64,000 nt of DNA. It comes from Chrysomallon squamiferum. Lineage: Eukaryota; Animalia; Mollusca. This document shows positions 1-14,200 of the stretch, piece by piece (positions within the stretch are counted from its first letter, which is position 1; each line of letters starts with the position of its first letter). The DNA is taken from positions 42,222,001 to 42,286,000 of the forward strand of contig CM022670.1 of the NCBI GenBank assembly GCA_012295275.1, given 5' to 3'. The notes beneath the pieces are model-generated. The model saw only the letters and a list, made by a program, of their open reading frames with translations. It did no database searches and was not told the DNA's origin. Both the position numbers and the translations under genes were made by a program.

Positions 1-315
1 ATCAATGTTTTCCTATTATAAATATATCAGTGTTATCCTGTTACAAATACATCAGTGTTTTCCTATTATAAATATATCAGTGTTATCCTGTTACAAATAC
101 ATCAGTGTTTTTCTATTATAAATATATCAGTGTTTTCCTATTACAAATATATGAGTATTTTCCTATTACAAATACATCAGTATTTTACTTTTTCAATTAA
201 ATCAGTATTTTCTTTTATGTAATGCATCAGTGTTTTTTCTGTTACAAATATATCAGTCTTTTCCTAAGAGAAATATATTAGTGTTTTACAGTTACAAACA
301 TATCAGTATTTTCCT
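1..315. repeat. Intronic minisatellite, about 25-bp unit (atatcagtgttttcctattacaaat)
   Basis: About 12 degenerate copies visible; truncated by the window start. Confidence 0.85.
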
Positions 316-377
316 ATATGAAATAATAATTTAAAAATTCTTCTGATTGAGATACGTTAATATTTTCCCGTGTTTAG

Positions 378-571
378 ATTTCACATTGTGACGTCGTGGA
401 TTCTGGAGCTGCTGCTTCTAGTGATGTGTGTGTCTGGAATGCTCATCTACGATTTGTCTAACGAACTGTGTGTCTCTGTTTTCATTTTCTGTAACTTCAT
501 CCTGGTAAGTGCTGCACTGAAGTGACGTCAGACAATGTAATGTGTACTGTAATCATTGTGCTTATGTTATT

Positions 572-653
<82 letters not shown>

Positions 654-2347
654 TAATATATTAAAGACATACTTCAGTATGAATAATTAACTATTATAAA
701 AATACATTATTTAATAAACCTGTTTATAGTTTTCTAGCTGACAGTAGTTAAACATTATATTTAAAATATTAAAGAAACAATTAAAGATGAAAAGTTAATT
801 TATAAAAGAGTTACATGTATAAGTTGTTTTTTATGATTTTATTTTAATTTCTTTTAATTTCAGACAATCGCTATTGTATTCCTCTTCATAATGATGAAGA
901 AAAGGGTAAATATAAACTTTGATTAATCATAATAAAATATAAGGAAAAATTAACAACAACAACCACAATAAAATACTTCAGAATTGTAGAGAAATAACCG
1001 CTATTGATTCAGCACAGTTTTGCAGACGAGTCACTCAGTAGTACCATTTAACAGGGAAAGAATTTTGTTATATGATGCCAGATTTTGATTGTGATGATGT
1101 TAAATTACAGTGTTGTTCATAAAAATGTAGCAACATTTGTATTAATATTTCAGGTCAAGTCTTCCATCATAGCGATTATACGAAGTCTGAACAGAAAGTC
1201 AAACGTTTCATGGGTAAGACATTTAATTATAAATAATATTACTTATTTTTGTATGAAATATTTTTTAAAAAATCACTATTAGAACTGAGAATATTCAGTA
1301 TCACTTATTTTTATATAAAATATTTAAAAATTCACTATTAGAACTGATTATATTCAGTTTTCTCACTTATTTTTATATAAAATTAAAAATATTCAATATT
1401 TGAACTGAGTATATTCAATTTCATTCTACTAAAAGTGATAAATATTTTCATCTTGTACTATCGATAGTTTATTTTATTTATTTATTTATGACTTTTCTTT
1501 CTTCTTTTTTTACAGAATTTTCCAACAGATTCTTTCAAAGGTAAGTGAAATCAGAATAACCTATTTGGTCTTGCAGCTCCTTTTCATTGGCTCTATTTTC
1601 ATTTATTTATTTATTTATTTTTTAAGTTTTTATAATTTCGTTCATTAAATATGTTTTCATTAACTTTGTGATATTTCCTCTGTGTTTTATACAGCGTACG
1701 TGATGCCAGAGACGACACTCAAACCTCAGACGATAGAGGAAAGCATTCAACACCACTGCGACAAAGTGAACCGCAGCAAGTTCACACGTGAACGCAAGAA
1801 ACAGCTACAACAACTGCTAGGCAGCTCAGTAGAACACACTTTTGGATCATTTAGAAGCTGCAGCCCTGACGATCACTGCAGTCACGACACTGAAACTGAC
1901 AAACTGAACGACGACAGCGGCATGGGCAGTGATGAACGATCATACAGAACAACTGCCATCTTGCACAGCGGAAATGAAGACAACGAGGTGCTCGACATGG
2001 ACGACAGCTTGTACGGGTCCGCTGCACCTTGTGAACATCCAAAGCCGATACGCGAGATGGTAGAAAACTGGTACACGAACAAAAACAAAGCGTCAAAGCC
2101 TGCGGAGTGTGATTACGTGTCTGCCGACCCGCGCGCCTCCTGCGACAACGTGAGATCTGAAAAGTCTGTACGCAACAATCTCACAAACAAGTCAGTGCGC
2201 ATGTTCGACACAGCGGAAGTGAAGACGTTATTGTCACAGGATGACTCAGCCTACTTTAAAAAATCGGTCTCTGGCTGTTTCCAGACAAAACAGTTGTTGT
2301 TAAACAAAGTATCCGTGAATGCCGGAATTGAAGAATATAGTCTTTAA
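378..2347 (+). CDS. 3' portion of a spliced membrane protein, probably a 7TM adhesion/secretin-family GPCR (last two TM helices plus a long cytoplasmic tail); 5' end lies outside the window
   Basis: GT-AG exons 378-504, 864-905, 1154-1213, 1516-1540 and 1695-2347 join in frame. They give FHIVTSWILELLLLVMCVSGMLIYDLSNELCVSVFIFCNFIL-TIAIVFLFIMMKKR-VKSSIIAIIRSLN..., two hydrophobic segments followed by a basic amphipathic helix-8-like stretch and a polar tail ending EEYSL*. The family assignment is inferred from topology only. Confidence 0.55.
575..652. repeat. Compound (CT)n(AT)n microsatellite
   Basis: Seen directly. Confidence 0.95.
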
Positions 2348-3865
2348 GATAGCGATGTCACAACTTTGTTGTGTCAGAAGTCTGTGATTCCATCTTTTAA
2401 TGAGCCGCGACTTCATGATTGAACCATGACGACTAACTTTTTATTTAACTCAGACCGGTGATTTAGATTTTCCTGCATTTTTAACATTCAACTTTCACGT
2501 TTGAAGTTACACGTTTTACATCACTAATTTGTTATTCCGTATCCGATAATCAGCGATTTAATATGAGCGCCGTGATTGAAATAGAAAATGATTTTTATCA
2601 GTTCACTGTAGTAAACGAGTTCTACAGTACAAAACATGACTTACCGTATAAGAATGTTGCCGTCTTTAAAATAACTTATTCTGTAACTGTTAATGTTTTT
2701 GTAAAACTGCATAGTGTGGACGTCAATGTTATAATTCGCCCTATTACGGTTTAATCAACAACTGTTTAATTAACGAAACAAAAATTAGAATATACAACAG
2801 TTTGTATTTTGCTTAGCAGTGTTATTTTTATCTCTTACTTTATTTTACTTCACTCGTAATACTAAGCTAGCAGGTGTAATAACAGACAATGTCTTTTCGT
2901 TCAGATTCTGTCACATATGCAGGTTGATTTGATGAGTGTTTTTTGTTTGTTTCTTTTTTTTGTTGTTGTTTTCTTTGTTGAGTAAATGCCTTGATTTGAA
3001 TTTTATATTTTGCCAAGTGCTATCACATTCCTGAATTTTTGTGGTTTTCTGTTACTAAGTTGTATCTCAAATAAGTGACGTGTACATTTTGCAAAGTTCA
3101 TCAATAAATTTGTACGGAAAATTCTATGTTTTAAATGACACGAATTTGTTTTAAGTTATGCTAGTTTAACAGCAGTTCTGGTTTTAGTATTTTCATGCGA
3201 CTGTGGTATTTTAACTACTTCGTTTCCGTTTTTAGTGCTATCACTTCAGTGTTGGGTGTTTAGTGCTACCAGGCGAGTTTTAAGTGCTAAAACAATGATC
3301 ACATCGCTATTTTATATGGTAACTTTACATTCCAAGCTGCTTTAAATAATGAGTTATGACTGCTCAACACTGAACTACACTTTTTGATAATTTAATTCTT
3401 GTATCATATTAAATTATATATTACACATCAAATGTATTAAAAACACATTTCAGGTTAGCATAAATAGATTTGCATGTATTATTTAATGTTATCATGCTGT
3501 TTAGTCTGTTATCCTTCGCCATGCTATTATTATAATGTAATATTTGTGTAAATGTTTATTTATGATGTAAACAATGAGGAATGTACGTAATGTTGTTGCT
3601 GTTTTTCTGTTGTGTTTTTTGTATGTGTTGTAAAAAACAAAGTTTTATTATATTCAATATCTAATTTCACATTATACGTATGCAGTCTTACCAAATAGTG
3701 CCAGGTTTTTATTTTTATTGTTAATTAATAAACTCTGTTATTAGCCATGTTATTTAATGTTAATGTTTTTAATTGTTTTTCCAGTCATCACCAAAAGTAA
3801 CTACCAATACATAAATCATTGTCTCTCCGCAAACATATTTCACAGTTTTCATTAAACTATTATTA

Positions 3866-3868
<3 letters not shown>

Positions 3869-3911
<43 letters not shown>

Positions 3912-3967
3912 TTTCACATGCACTCTTCGTGTTTCTATTATTTATTTTTAAAAGATTGTTTCATAAA

Positions 3968-4040
<73 letters not shown>
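3869..4040. repeat. (AT)n and (AC)n microsatellites
   Basis: (AT)n at about 3869-3909 and (AC)n at about 3977-4037. Confidence 0.95.
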
Positions 4041-4042
<2 letters not shown>

Positions 4043-4269
4043 TGTTGATGTATCCCAGTGATATTTAAGTCTTACTTTGTTAAATGTATTCCTAAATATT
4101 TCCTGTATTGTCATTTTGTACTGTTTACATAAGTAAAAAATATAAAAATATAAAATATTGTTTTCTATTTATTTTTCTATTTTGCTTTTTAATCTTACCC
4201 AACTGTCAGTTAGTATTATCATTTGAAGAACTGATGGGATTCTATTTTACAAAGTAAAGTAATGTTCAT

Positions 4270-4830
4270 TTTCTGCCTAAATGTAAATTATTCATTTAGA
4301 AAACAGAATTTAAATTAATCATTTAGTAAACTAGATCAGATTAGAAACCGATTTTTAAACTAGTCATTTAGAGAAAAAAAAAAGTGTAAACTCATACAGA
4401 AAATAGTTTTTAAATTAATCATTTAGAAAACTACATAAATCAGTTTAGAAAACAGTATTTTAATTAGTCATTTAATAAAAAAAAAATATTTAAATAGTCA
4501 TTTATAAAACAGTATTTAAACTCATTTAGAAAAGAGTATTTAAATTAATCATTTAGAAAACTGTATGTAACTTGTCATTTAGAAAACAGTATTTAGTCTT
4601 TTGAAAAACAGTATTTAAATCAGTCATTTAGAAAATAGTATTTAAAATAGTCTTTTAGAAAACAATATTTAAATTAATCATTTAGAAAACGATAAGTAAA
4701 TGAGTTATTTAGAAAATAGTATTTAAATTAGTCTTTTAAAAACCAGTATTTAAATAAATTACAAAGAAAAATGTATATAAATAGTCATTTGGAAAACAGT
4801 ATTTAAATCAGTCATTTAGAAAACAGTACT
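4270..4830. repeat. Degenerate minisatellite of about 28 bp (agtcatttagaaaacagtatttaaatt) between the convergent gene ends
   Basis: About 20 diverged copies of the catttagaaaa core. Confidence 0.8.
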
Positions 4831-5222
4831 GTTGTCAATCAGCAGTTGGTCAACATGCTCAGACTGTGCCTAATTTCTACCTGAGACGCAAGAGTCGAAC
4901 ATGAAGTCAGTGTTTAGAGACAACAGTGACATTAACAGTGAGTTAAAAATAAACATCACATTAGCAGATTTTATTCTTCAGCTTGTCACAATTACACCAT
5001 GCACACAAAAGATTTAGCAAAAAAAAAAATTATTTTCAAAATGTAGACACTTTCTTGGTTTCTCCCAAACTGCCTCCTTGTTTAAACAGATATTTTTTTA
5101 CATTTCTGTTATCTATAAGGCAGAAAGAAAAAACAAAACAAAACAGGTTTAGAAAAACAATTGAATGTGATATATGAATATTTCCAAACAGCCAGTTTAC
5201 AATTGTGATGTTTACAGACAGT

Positions 5223-8200
5223 TTACATCAGAGGTTGTCGCACTTCAAAACATCCAGTTCCACAGTTTACAACACGCCCAGTCACAATCCTGGAAGAGGG
5301 AGATTTCAAGAAATCAACTCCATTATGTAAACTGGCTTTAGCAAGAAAATTCATTGTTGTTTCAAATGTCATTTTCTGGAAGGGAGAAGCATTTGTTTCC
5401 ATGGCTATGCGGTTGAGAGCCTTGTAGCTGCCCTCGAATGTCATGTAGTCTGTGAGCAGTGAGAGGTGTCTGTAGTCGACATTGATGCCGTATGCACCAA
5501 ACACATTCTTGATTTCCTGAAACAATTCATTTCATATTAGCTTTTACTGAGAAAGTGAGAGAGAGGAAAGGATAGCTGTGACAGCAACAGGCAATGAAAG
5601 AAAAGATGAAAACTGCTTAAACAAAAAACTAAAACAAGAAAATTACTTTGATGAGAACTTTGGCAGCAGCTTCAATTCCGTAAATCTTGGCAAATGCATG
5701 GACATCATTTGTGTAGAGCTGATTAACATCCAGAATGTCTGCATATTTGTACATCTCCTGTAAAACACAAGCTTTCATTATTGTTATTTAAATGTGTGAT
5801 AACATGTTGTTAATTATGTTGTTACACAAGATGATTGGATAGGTTGTTTGTACATCTTTACTACAAGTATCTTGTTTCTGTGATGATTTTCGCTTGGTTC
5901 TTACTCTTATGTTCATTTTATCACTGCAGCTGTATAAATAACAAAGCCAATATTCTGATAGTTTGTTGATGATATGTCTGTACTAATGTGGAGGTGTTTG
6001 TAGTTCTCCAGTACCTGTATGTTGACACCCTCTGTTTTCAAATGCCACTCTGACTGCATGTTTCGTTTCTCATCAATGAGAAAAGCTCGAGAAATTCCTG
6101 CCACTTGATGAATGACAGCTTTCCTTGCGAACCCCTCTATCAGAGACGAAAAGTCAATCTTGCTGTTTGTCAGTCCATACTGTGATAACAGATAAAGACA
6201 CAAATTAATATTTTTACTAAATTTAAGCACATTAATATATACCTACTGATTAAATAACACATATTTCTACTTGAGGAATAATATTTGTGGATCCAAGGTA
6301 AAATTCCTGTACTCTATTTACTTGTAAATATCAAGGTAAAATACCTGTAAATTATTTACTTGTAAATATCAAGGTAAAATACCTGTACACTGTTTACTTG
6401 TAAATATCAAGGTAAAATACCTGTACACTGTTTACTTGTAAATATCAAGGTAAAATACCTGTACAGTATTCACTTGTAAATATCAAGGTAAAATACCTGT
6501 ACACTGTTTACTTGTAAATATCAAGGTAAAATACCTGTACAGTATTCACTTGTAAATATCAAGGTAAAATACCTGTACACTGTTTACTTGTAAATATCAA
6601 GGTAAAATACCTGTACACTGTTTACTTGTAAATATCAAGGTAAAATACCTGTACACTGTTTACTTGTAAATATCAAGGTAAAATACCTGTACACTATTTA
6701 CTTGTAAATATCAAGGTAAAATACCTGTACACTGTTTACTTGTAAATATCAAGGTAAAATACCTGTACAGTATTTGCTTGTAAATATCAAGGTAAAATAC
6801 CTGTACACTATTTGCTTGTAAATATCAAGGTAAAATACCTGTACACTGTTTACTTGTAAATATCAAGGTAAAATACCTGCAGAGTGAGCTCGCACCACCT
6901 GGACTTGTCTACATCAAACTTGTAGTCACAGATGAACTGAGACATCTGTTTCACTTTCTGAAAATAAACAAAACTATAACTGTTATATTTCACTTTGAAA
7001 ATCTGAAAATATCAAATTGGCCAGATTTAATGATAAATAACACAGAAAAAGAAAATTAAAAGTTTAGAAAAACAATTTTTGAGAGAAATATTATTTATTT
7101 TGTTTTTGAAACCACACTTTTACGAAAGAGACATGTTCAAAATGTTTATGTCTTTAAGATAGTTGTGCACACCTGCTTGTATGACACATGTAAAGAAGAA
7201 AGTGAATATCACAGTCATCTAATAACTGTTAGCTAACCCACACACACAGACTAATAACATAACATGTGAAAACGCTACTAAACAAATATTAATTCAATCT
7301 AAAATAAATCTTTCAAAATGTAAAACTAAATTAACATAGGCAAAATAAATTTAAAAATGTAGAATAAATTTTTCGAAATATGGAAAATATAATACAATGT
7401 TGCAAATTATATTTTAAAAAGATGTAAAATTAAATTAAGTAAAATAAATTTTAAAAATATGTAAGTAAATACAAAAATGTAAAATAACTAAAAAATGTTG
7501 AATAGTTTTTTTTTTTAAAAGTGACTAATTTACAAGAATTCTGTTTTCTACAGCCATTTGTTTTTCTTTAGTCATTTCATCCATCTGTCCATCATTCTGG
7601 TTTTCCTCTTCTAACACAACCTCACTAGCATCATTCCCTGCGATCAAGTCATTGTCATCTGCAAAAACATTTTAAATAAATAAAATTGTAAACAAACAAT
7701 TCAAGATTTACACAGACTGGAAATAGTGCTTTTCCTGCAAAACATTAAAATTTGTGAGAATAATAGTTTTTTATTATTTTTTTTTAATCTGTCTAAATAA
7801 TGAAATTTCTCCATGTTTCATGTTACTAATGTGGGGTGTTTTTAAAACAAATATAAAGTTTAAAATGTCACTGTCTAGAAGTTTTACACATTTCATGTGT
7901 TGTTAATGTATTCTAAAACCTTCGCTGTCTACAAGCTCCTTCTCCTGCTCCTCCCCCTCATACTCCTGTGACTCCTGCTGACGTTTCTGATCTCGGACAG
8001 CAAGAGATGAACCCTCCTCCTCGACTTCCACATCGGACGTCTCCCCATCATCATTCCCTCCCACTTCCTGTTTTTCAGCAGGTGTATTCGAGCGCACTGC
8101 ACCAGTGTTCAGATGTCTGTGATTTTACAAATAAAACAATTCCGACTACTTCATAAACATCTAACAGTTTCAACAGAAAACATATCTTAAAATATTTGTC

Positions 8201-11200
8201 TTTTGTGTTTTATTTTTCTTATTTATTTAATTTTTTTTGTTTATTGCTTGTTGGTTTTTCAGATAAATAACATTCCACCTTTTATTTCTTGATAAATACA
8301 ATTTACAACAAAATAAAATGTTAGCAGGGGCTGAGAAAATAATTACCAAAATAACAGTTCATTAGAGAAGGTGATTTAAAAGAATTTATTTATGTGCAAA
8401 GTAAAATAGTTTGTCAAGTCATTACTGTTTGAAGTAACCACCAACACAAGCTGAAAACAGATTTTTGACTATTCAAACTATGTAATATCACTTTTACCTA
8501 CTAAGCTTTTAGTTAAATTATTAATGATTACTTAAAACTTTAATCAAAATTAATTTTTATAATTATTATTTTGAATTATATTTATAACAGGAACTATAAC
8601 GGTGATATATGACCTTGACCTAAGATTTCTAATTTCTTACTGAGCTTGCTGTAAGGCTTTCATCTTGATTTTGATGTGTTCAATGAGCTGACCAATCACT
8701 GATGATTCCATTCTCTCAATCACCTGCCTTGGTTTCAGACAAACACTCTCTTTGTACACTGCATGTGGCAGAAACACAAATTTCACCCGAAACTTCCTGT
8801 GCCGGTCACTGAGTGGAAAACATTACACAATAAAAACAGTATTACATTTTACATTAGTTACATTACACAATAAAAACAGTATTACATTTTACATTAGTTA
8901 CATTACACAATAAAAACAGTATTACATTTTACATTAGTTACATTACACAATAAAAACAGTATTACATTTTACATTAGTTACATTACACAATAAAAACAGT
9001 ATTACATTTTACTATCACATTTTACATTAGTTACATTACACAATAAAAACAGTATTACATTTTACTATCACATTTTACATTAGTTACATTACACAATAAA
9101 AACAGTATTACATTTTACTATCACATTTTACATTAGTTACATTACACAATAAAAACAGTATTACATTTTACATTAGTTACATTACACAATAAAAACAATA
9201 TTACATTTTACTATCACATTTGACATTAATTACATTACACATTAACATTTCAATAAAAACAATATTACATTTTACTATCACATTTTACATTAACATTTCA
9301 ATAAAAACAACAGTACACTTTACTATCACATTTTACATTAGCATTTCAATAAAAACAGTATTACACTTTACTATCACATTTTACATTAGTTACATTACAT
9401 ATTAACATTTTAACAAAAACAGTATTACACTTTACTATTACTACTACTGTTACATTACACATTAACATTTTAATAAAAACATTATTACACTTTACTATTA
9501 CTACTACTGTTACATTACATATTAACATTTTAACAAACAGTATTACAATTTACTACTACTGTTACATTACATATTAACATTTTAACAAAAGCAGTATTAC
9601 ACTTTACTATTAGTACTAGTTACATTACATATTAACATTTTAACAAAAACAGTATTACACTTTACTATTACTACTACTGTTACATTACATATTAACATTT
9701 TAACAAAAACAGTATTACACTTTACTACTACTACTACTGTTACATTACATATTAACATTTTAACAAAAACAGTATTACACTTTACTATTACTACAACTGT
9801 TACATTACATATTAACATTTGAACAAAAACAGTATTACACTTTACTATTACTACTACTGTTACATTACATATTAACATTTCAATAAAAACAATATTACAC
9901 TTTACTATTACTACTACTGTTACATTACATATTAACATTTTAACAAAAACAGTATTACACTTTACTACTACTACTACTGTTACATTACATATTAACATTT
10001 TAATAAAAACAGTATTACACTTTACTACTACTACTACAAAAACTGTCCCTACTTGTTTGATAAAATGTTTAAACTGAAGTTAAAATGAAGTAAGACTGAG
10101 GTAAAGAGAAATTAACAACTTACAATTTAGACTTGCCACTGATAGATAATGTTTCACACACCTCCACGTCTTGTAGAACCTAAATGAAAACATAGCTAAT
10201 TAAAACAATCCACTAATTAAAAACACAGTTTATGTCAAATTTTTATATACAGCTTCCCAAGTTTCAGTATGAATACCTCTATATACCTGTAACTTTATAC
10301 TTAAATGTTATTACAAAATCTAACAATGCTGATTATTTTTTCACTAAATGTACCTTTATTTATCTGTAAAGTTAGACAGTTATTAGCAAATAAAATGGGA
10401 TTTACTTTCCTAACCATATTTTTCCACAGGGATTTTAAAGTTTGTCTGATCATAGAAAAATAACACTTTGGAGACTATTCAGAAATTCAACAAATATGCA
10501 GCACACTATTTTCACTTTTTTTCTGTAATTACTTTGGATTACACAACCTGACCTCATTTTTATAATTACCTGAGATAACACAAATTTATTTATTTTTTTA
10601 TTTTATTTTTTTATATAAATACCTGAGATGACCCAATTTTTACTTTTCTATAATTACCTGAGATAATGCAATTTTTACTTTTTTCAATAATTACCAGAGA
10701 TGACCCAATTTTTACTTTTCTATAATTTCCTGAGATAATGCAATTTTTACTTTTTTCAATAATTACCAGAGATGACCCAATTTTTACTTTTCTATAATTA
10801 CCTGAGATAATGCAATTTTTACTTTTTTCAATAATTACCAGAGATGACCCAATTTTTACTTTTCTATTATTTCCTAAGATAATGCAATTTTTACTTTTTT
10901 CTATAATTACACAAGATGACCCAATTTTTACTTTTCTATAATTTCCGGAAAAAACACAGCTTTGCTTACTTTTTCTGTAATTCCCTGTGATAATTCTTTT
11001 TTCATAATAACATAACTTTTACTTTTCTATAATTACCTGAGATAACACAGTTTTAATTTTTTTCTATAATGACCTGACATAACAAATGTTTTTTCTATAA
11101 ATACCTATAAAGTTTTTGTTTTTTTTATATAATTACCTGAAATAACTTTGTTTAGTTTTTATGTAATTACCGGAGATATCAGAACTTTGTTTAGTTTTTT

Positions 11201-14200
11201 TTGTAATTACCTGAGATAACACAACTCTGTTTAGTTTTTTTTGTAATTACCTGAGATAACACAACTCTATTTAGTTTTTTTATGTAATTACCTGAGATAA
11301 GACAACTCTTTTTAGTTTTTTTTTGTAATTACCTGAGATAAGACAAATCTATTTAGTTTTTTTTGTAATTACCTGAGATAACACAACTCTATTTAGTTTT
11401 TTTATGTAATTACCTGAGATAAGACAACTGTTTAGTTTTTAAGTAATTACCTGAGATAACACAACTCTGTTCAGTTTTTATATAATTACCTGAGATAACA
11501 CAACTTTGTTTATTTTTATGTAATTACCTGAGATAACACAACTCTGTTCACTTTTTTTTTAATTACCTTAGATAACACAACTCTGTTCAGTTTTTATATA
11601 ATTACCTGAGATAACACAACTCTGTTTAGTTTTTTTTGTAATTACCTGAGATAACACAACTCTGTTCAGTTTTTATGTAATTACCTGAGATAACACAACT
11701 CTGTTTAGTTTTTTTCTGTAATTACCTGAGATATCACAACTCTGTTTAGTTTTTTTTGTAATTACCTGAGATAATACAACTCTGTTTAGCTTTTTTTGTA
11801 ATTTCTTTGCCTGGTGCAGAGCTCCTGAGATGTTTTTAACTGTGATGTCCATGGACGGAGTCTTCAGCATTGCACTGGCCACCATGATGATTTCTCGTAG
11901 CCGAGGGATACCAAGAGTAACATTCATTTCTCCACGACCAGCAAAGTGGAATGTGTTCAGGGTCATTTGAGTGGATGGTTCACCAATAGACTAAAAATAA
12001 CAACAAAATTTACCTGAAGTAATCTACCATATAACACAATTTCATCTGTAAATACCGCCCAACAAATTTGTACCTGTATATACCATTTAACATAAATTTA
12101 CATGCAACCATCTATGTATTTGTATCAAAATTAGGCAAGCTTATAATTTTATCTTTCTGTTTTCTATGTCCATTTTGTTATCAGAATCCAAATCTTTTTC
12201 TGTTTCTTTTTTCTTCTTATGGTGTCCGTTAAATGCGTATTTCTCCTCACTGCTCTTTTCATGACATTATCAAATATTCTTAACTTCTTGTTAAACTGCT
12301 TTTTTATCAAGTTTTGTAAAACAGTTTTTATAACAAACACTTCCAACATTTTATTAAACACATTTTTTATTTATGCCAACTTAACACTTTTTTTTTTTGC
12401 TTTTCTCTGCTTCAACTTGTTTTTTTACATAATTACATTACTCGTAATCTAACTGTTCTCTGAAAGTGTTGTTTTGATGTGATTTTTGATCTGTTTTCAC
12501 CGTATGTGTTTACAGATATCATTTTCATATTCATTTACTTTGCCTCTCAGTATTTAACCTTTCAGACTTAATTGTGAGGATAAAATCAGTGAAGTTTTAA
12601 TGTGTTAATTACATATGATGATCATTTGAGAATGAGAATTGTAATAAAGATTTTAAAAGTAGATTTTTTGTCAGATTCAGTTTCTGATCTCGGACAGCAA
12701 GAGACGAACCCTCCTCCAAAAAACAGATTTTTTACATCTGACATTAGAACAACAGGTTGAGAAACATCTAAAATAAAAAATTATTATAATATACTGGAAA
12801 CACTGCTAATATACTGATAAAAACATTTATATTAAATGGCACTTTAAATGGAGTTTTTGAAATGGAGTTTTTGAAATGTATGCTACTTGAAAAATTCCAC
12901 AAGGTTTGAATCCTGTAAACTCCTATAAACAGAATGACAACATAATCCAGTTTTCTGTTGTAATAAAACTAAATTTCTTGCTGTTTTAACAGATTCACCT
13001 GTGCACACAACAGACCGACCGCTTCCCCCGGCTCAGCCATTGATCTGAGAACTTTGGTATTCAACATCTCAGTGAAATCTTTAATTGTGAAATCCTGTAG
13101 ACCACTGCCTGGAAACTGCTTCACAATCTACAACACAAAACACATGATCTGTTACACTATTAACAAATTCTACAACACAAAACACACGATATATTACACT
13201 GTTAACACAATCTACAACACAAAACACATGATCTGTTACACTGTTAACACAGTCTACAACACAACACAATCTGCAAAACAAAACACATGTTACACTGTTA
13301 ACACAAACTACAACACAAAACACACGATATGTTACACCTGTTAACACAAGCTACAAAACAAAACACACGATATGTTACACCTGTTAACACAAACTACAAC
13401 ACAAAACACATATGTTACACTGTTAACACAGTCTACAAAACAAAACACACAATATGTTATACTGTTAACACAAACTACAACACAAAACACATGATATGTT
13501 ACCCTGTTATGGCTGACCTACCTGAGTGAACTGGTTTTCGTCAAACTCTGAAATTAAGACTGGTATTTTCTCAGAAACAACACTCGGGTGTTCTGATGGT
13601 CTGTACACAGACATGACAGGGTCAGGACATCGGTGACTGTGACGTCCATATCTGCAACAAAACACTCTTCTAATTAGAAAATTTACGTTTTAGTTAATTT
13701 CTGTGCTTTATGCTTATTATAATAAAAATCTGTGCCAGAATATTTAAAAAAACAAACATTTCGAAACTAAAAATATTTGTACAATTTTCCATAAACTTGT
13801 ATTTATTAGTCTGAATCATCTTTTTGGTAGCCTTTTAACTGAAACCCTACAATTTTGTTTTTAAATCATTAAATGTTTCATAATTTTATTTTTAGAATGA
13901 GACATTTTCAAGAATGTTTCTTCAACAAGCTCTGGACATTTTTTACAGGCGAAATTTTCATATATTAATGCACAGAATTCTTGAAAAATGACATCATTTA
14001 GTAAACCAGTCCGTTTATTATGTTTAAAACTCTATAAAAAAGCCAGGAAAGGAGTTTCTATACAATGTCGCTGACCTGAGTCTCTCTTCAGCTGAAAGCG
14101 ACCTCCATGCTTTCTCAATGATGTTTGCTGCTCTGGTACGTCCACGCTGTGTGTCAGTCGTTGTCCTGTCATCATCAGCTGTAAAACTGTGTAAGTGTTC

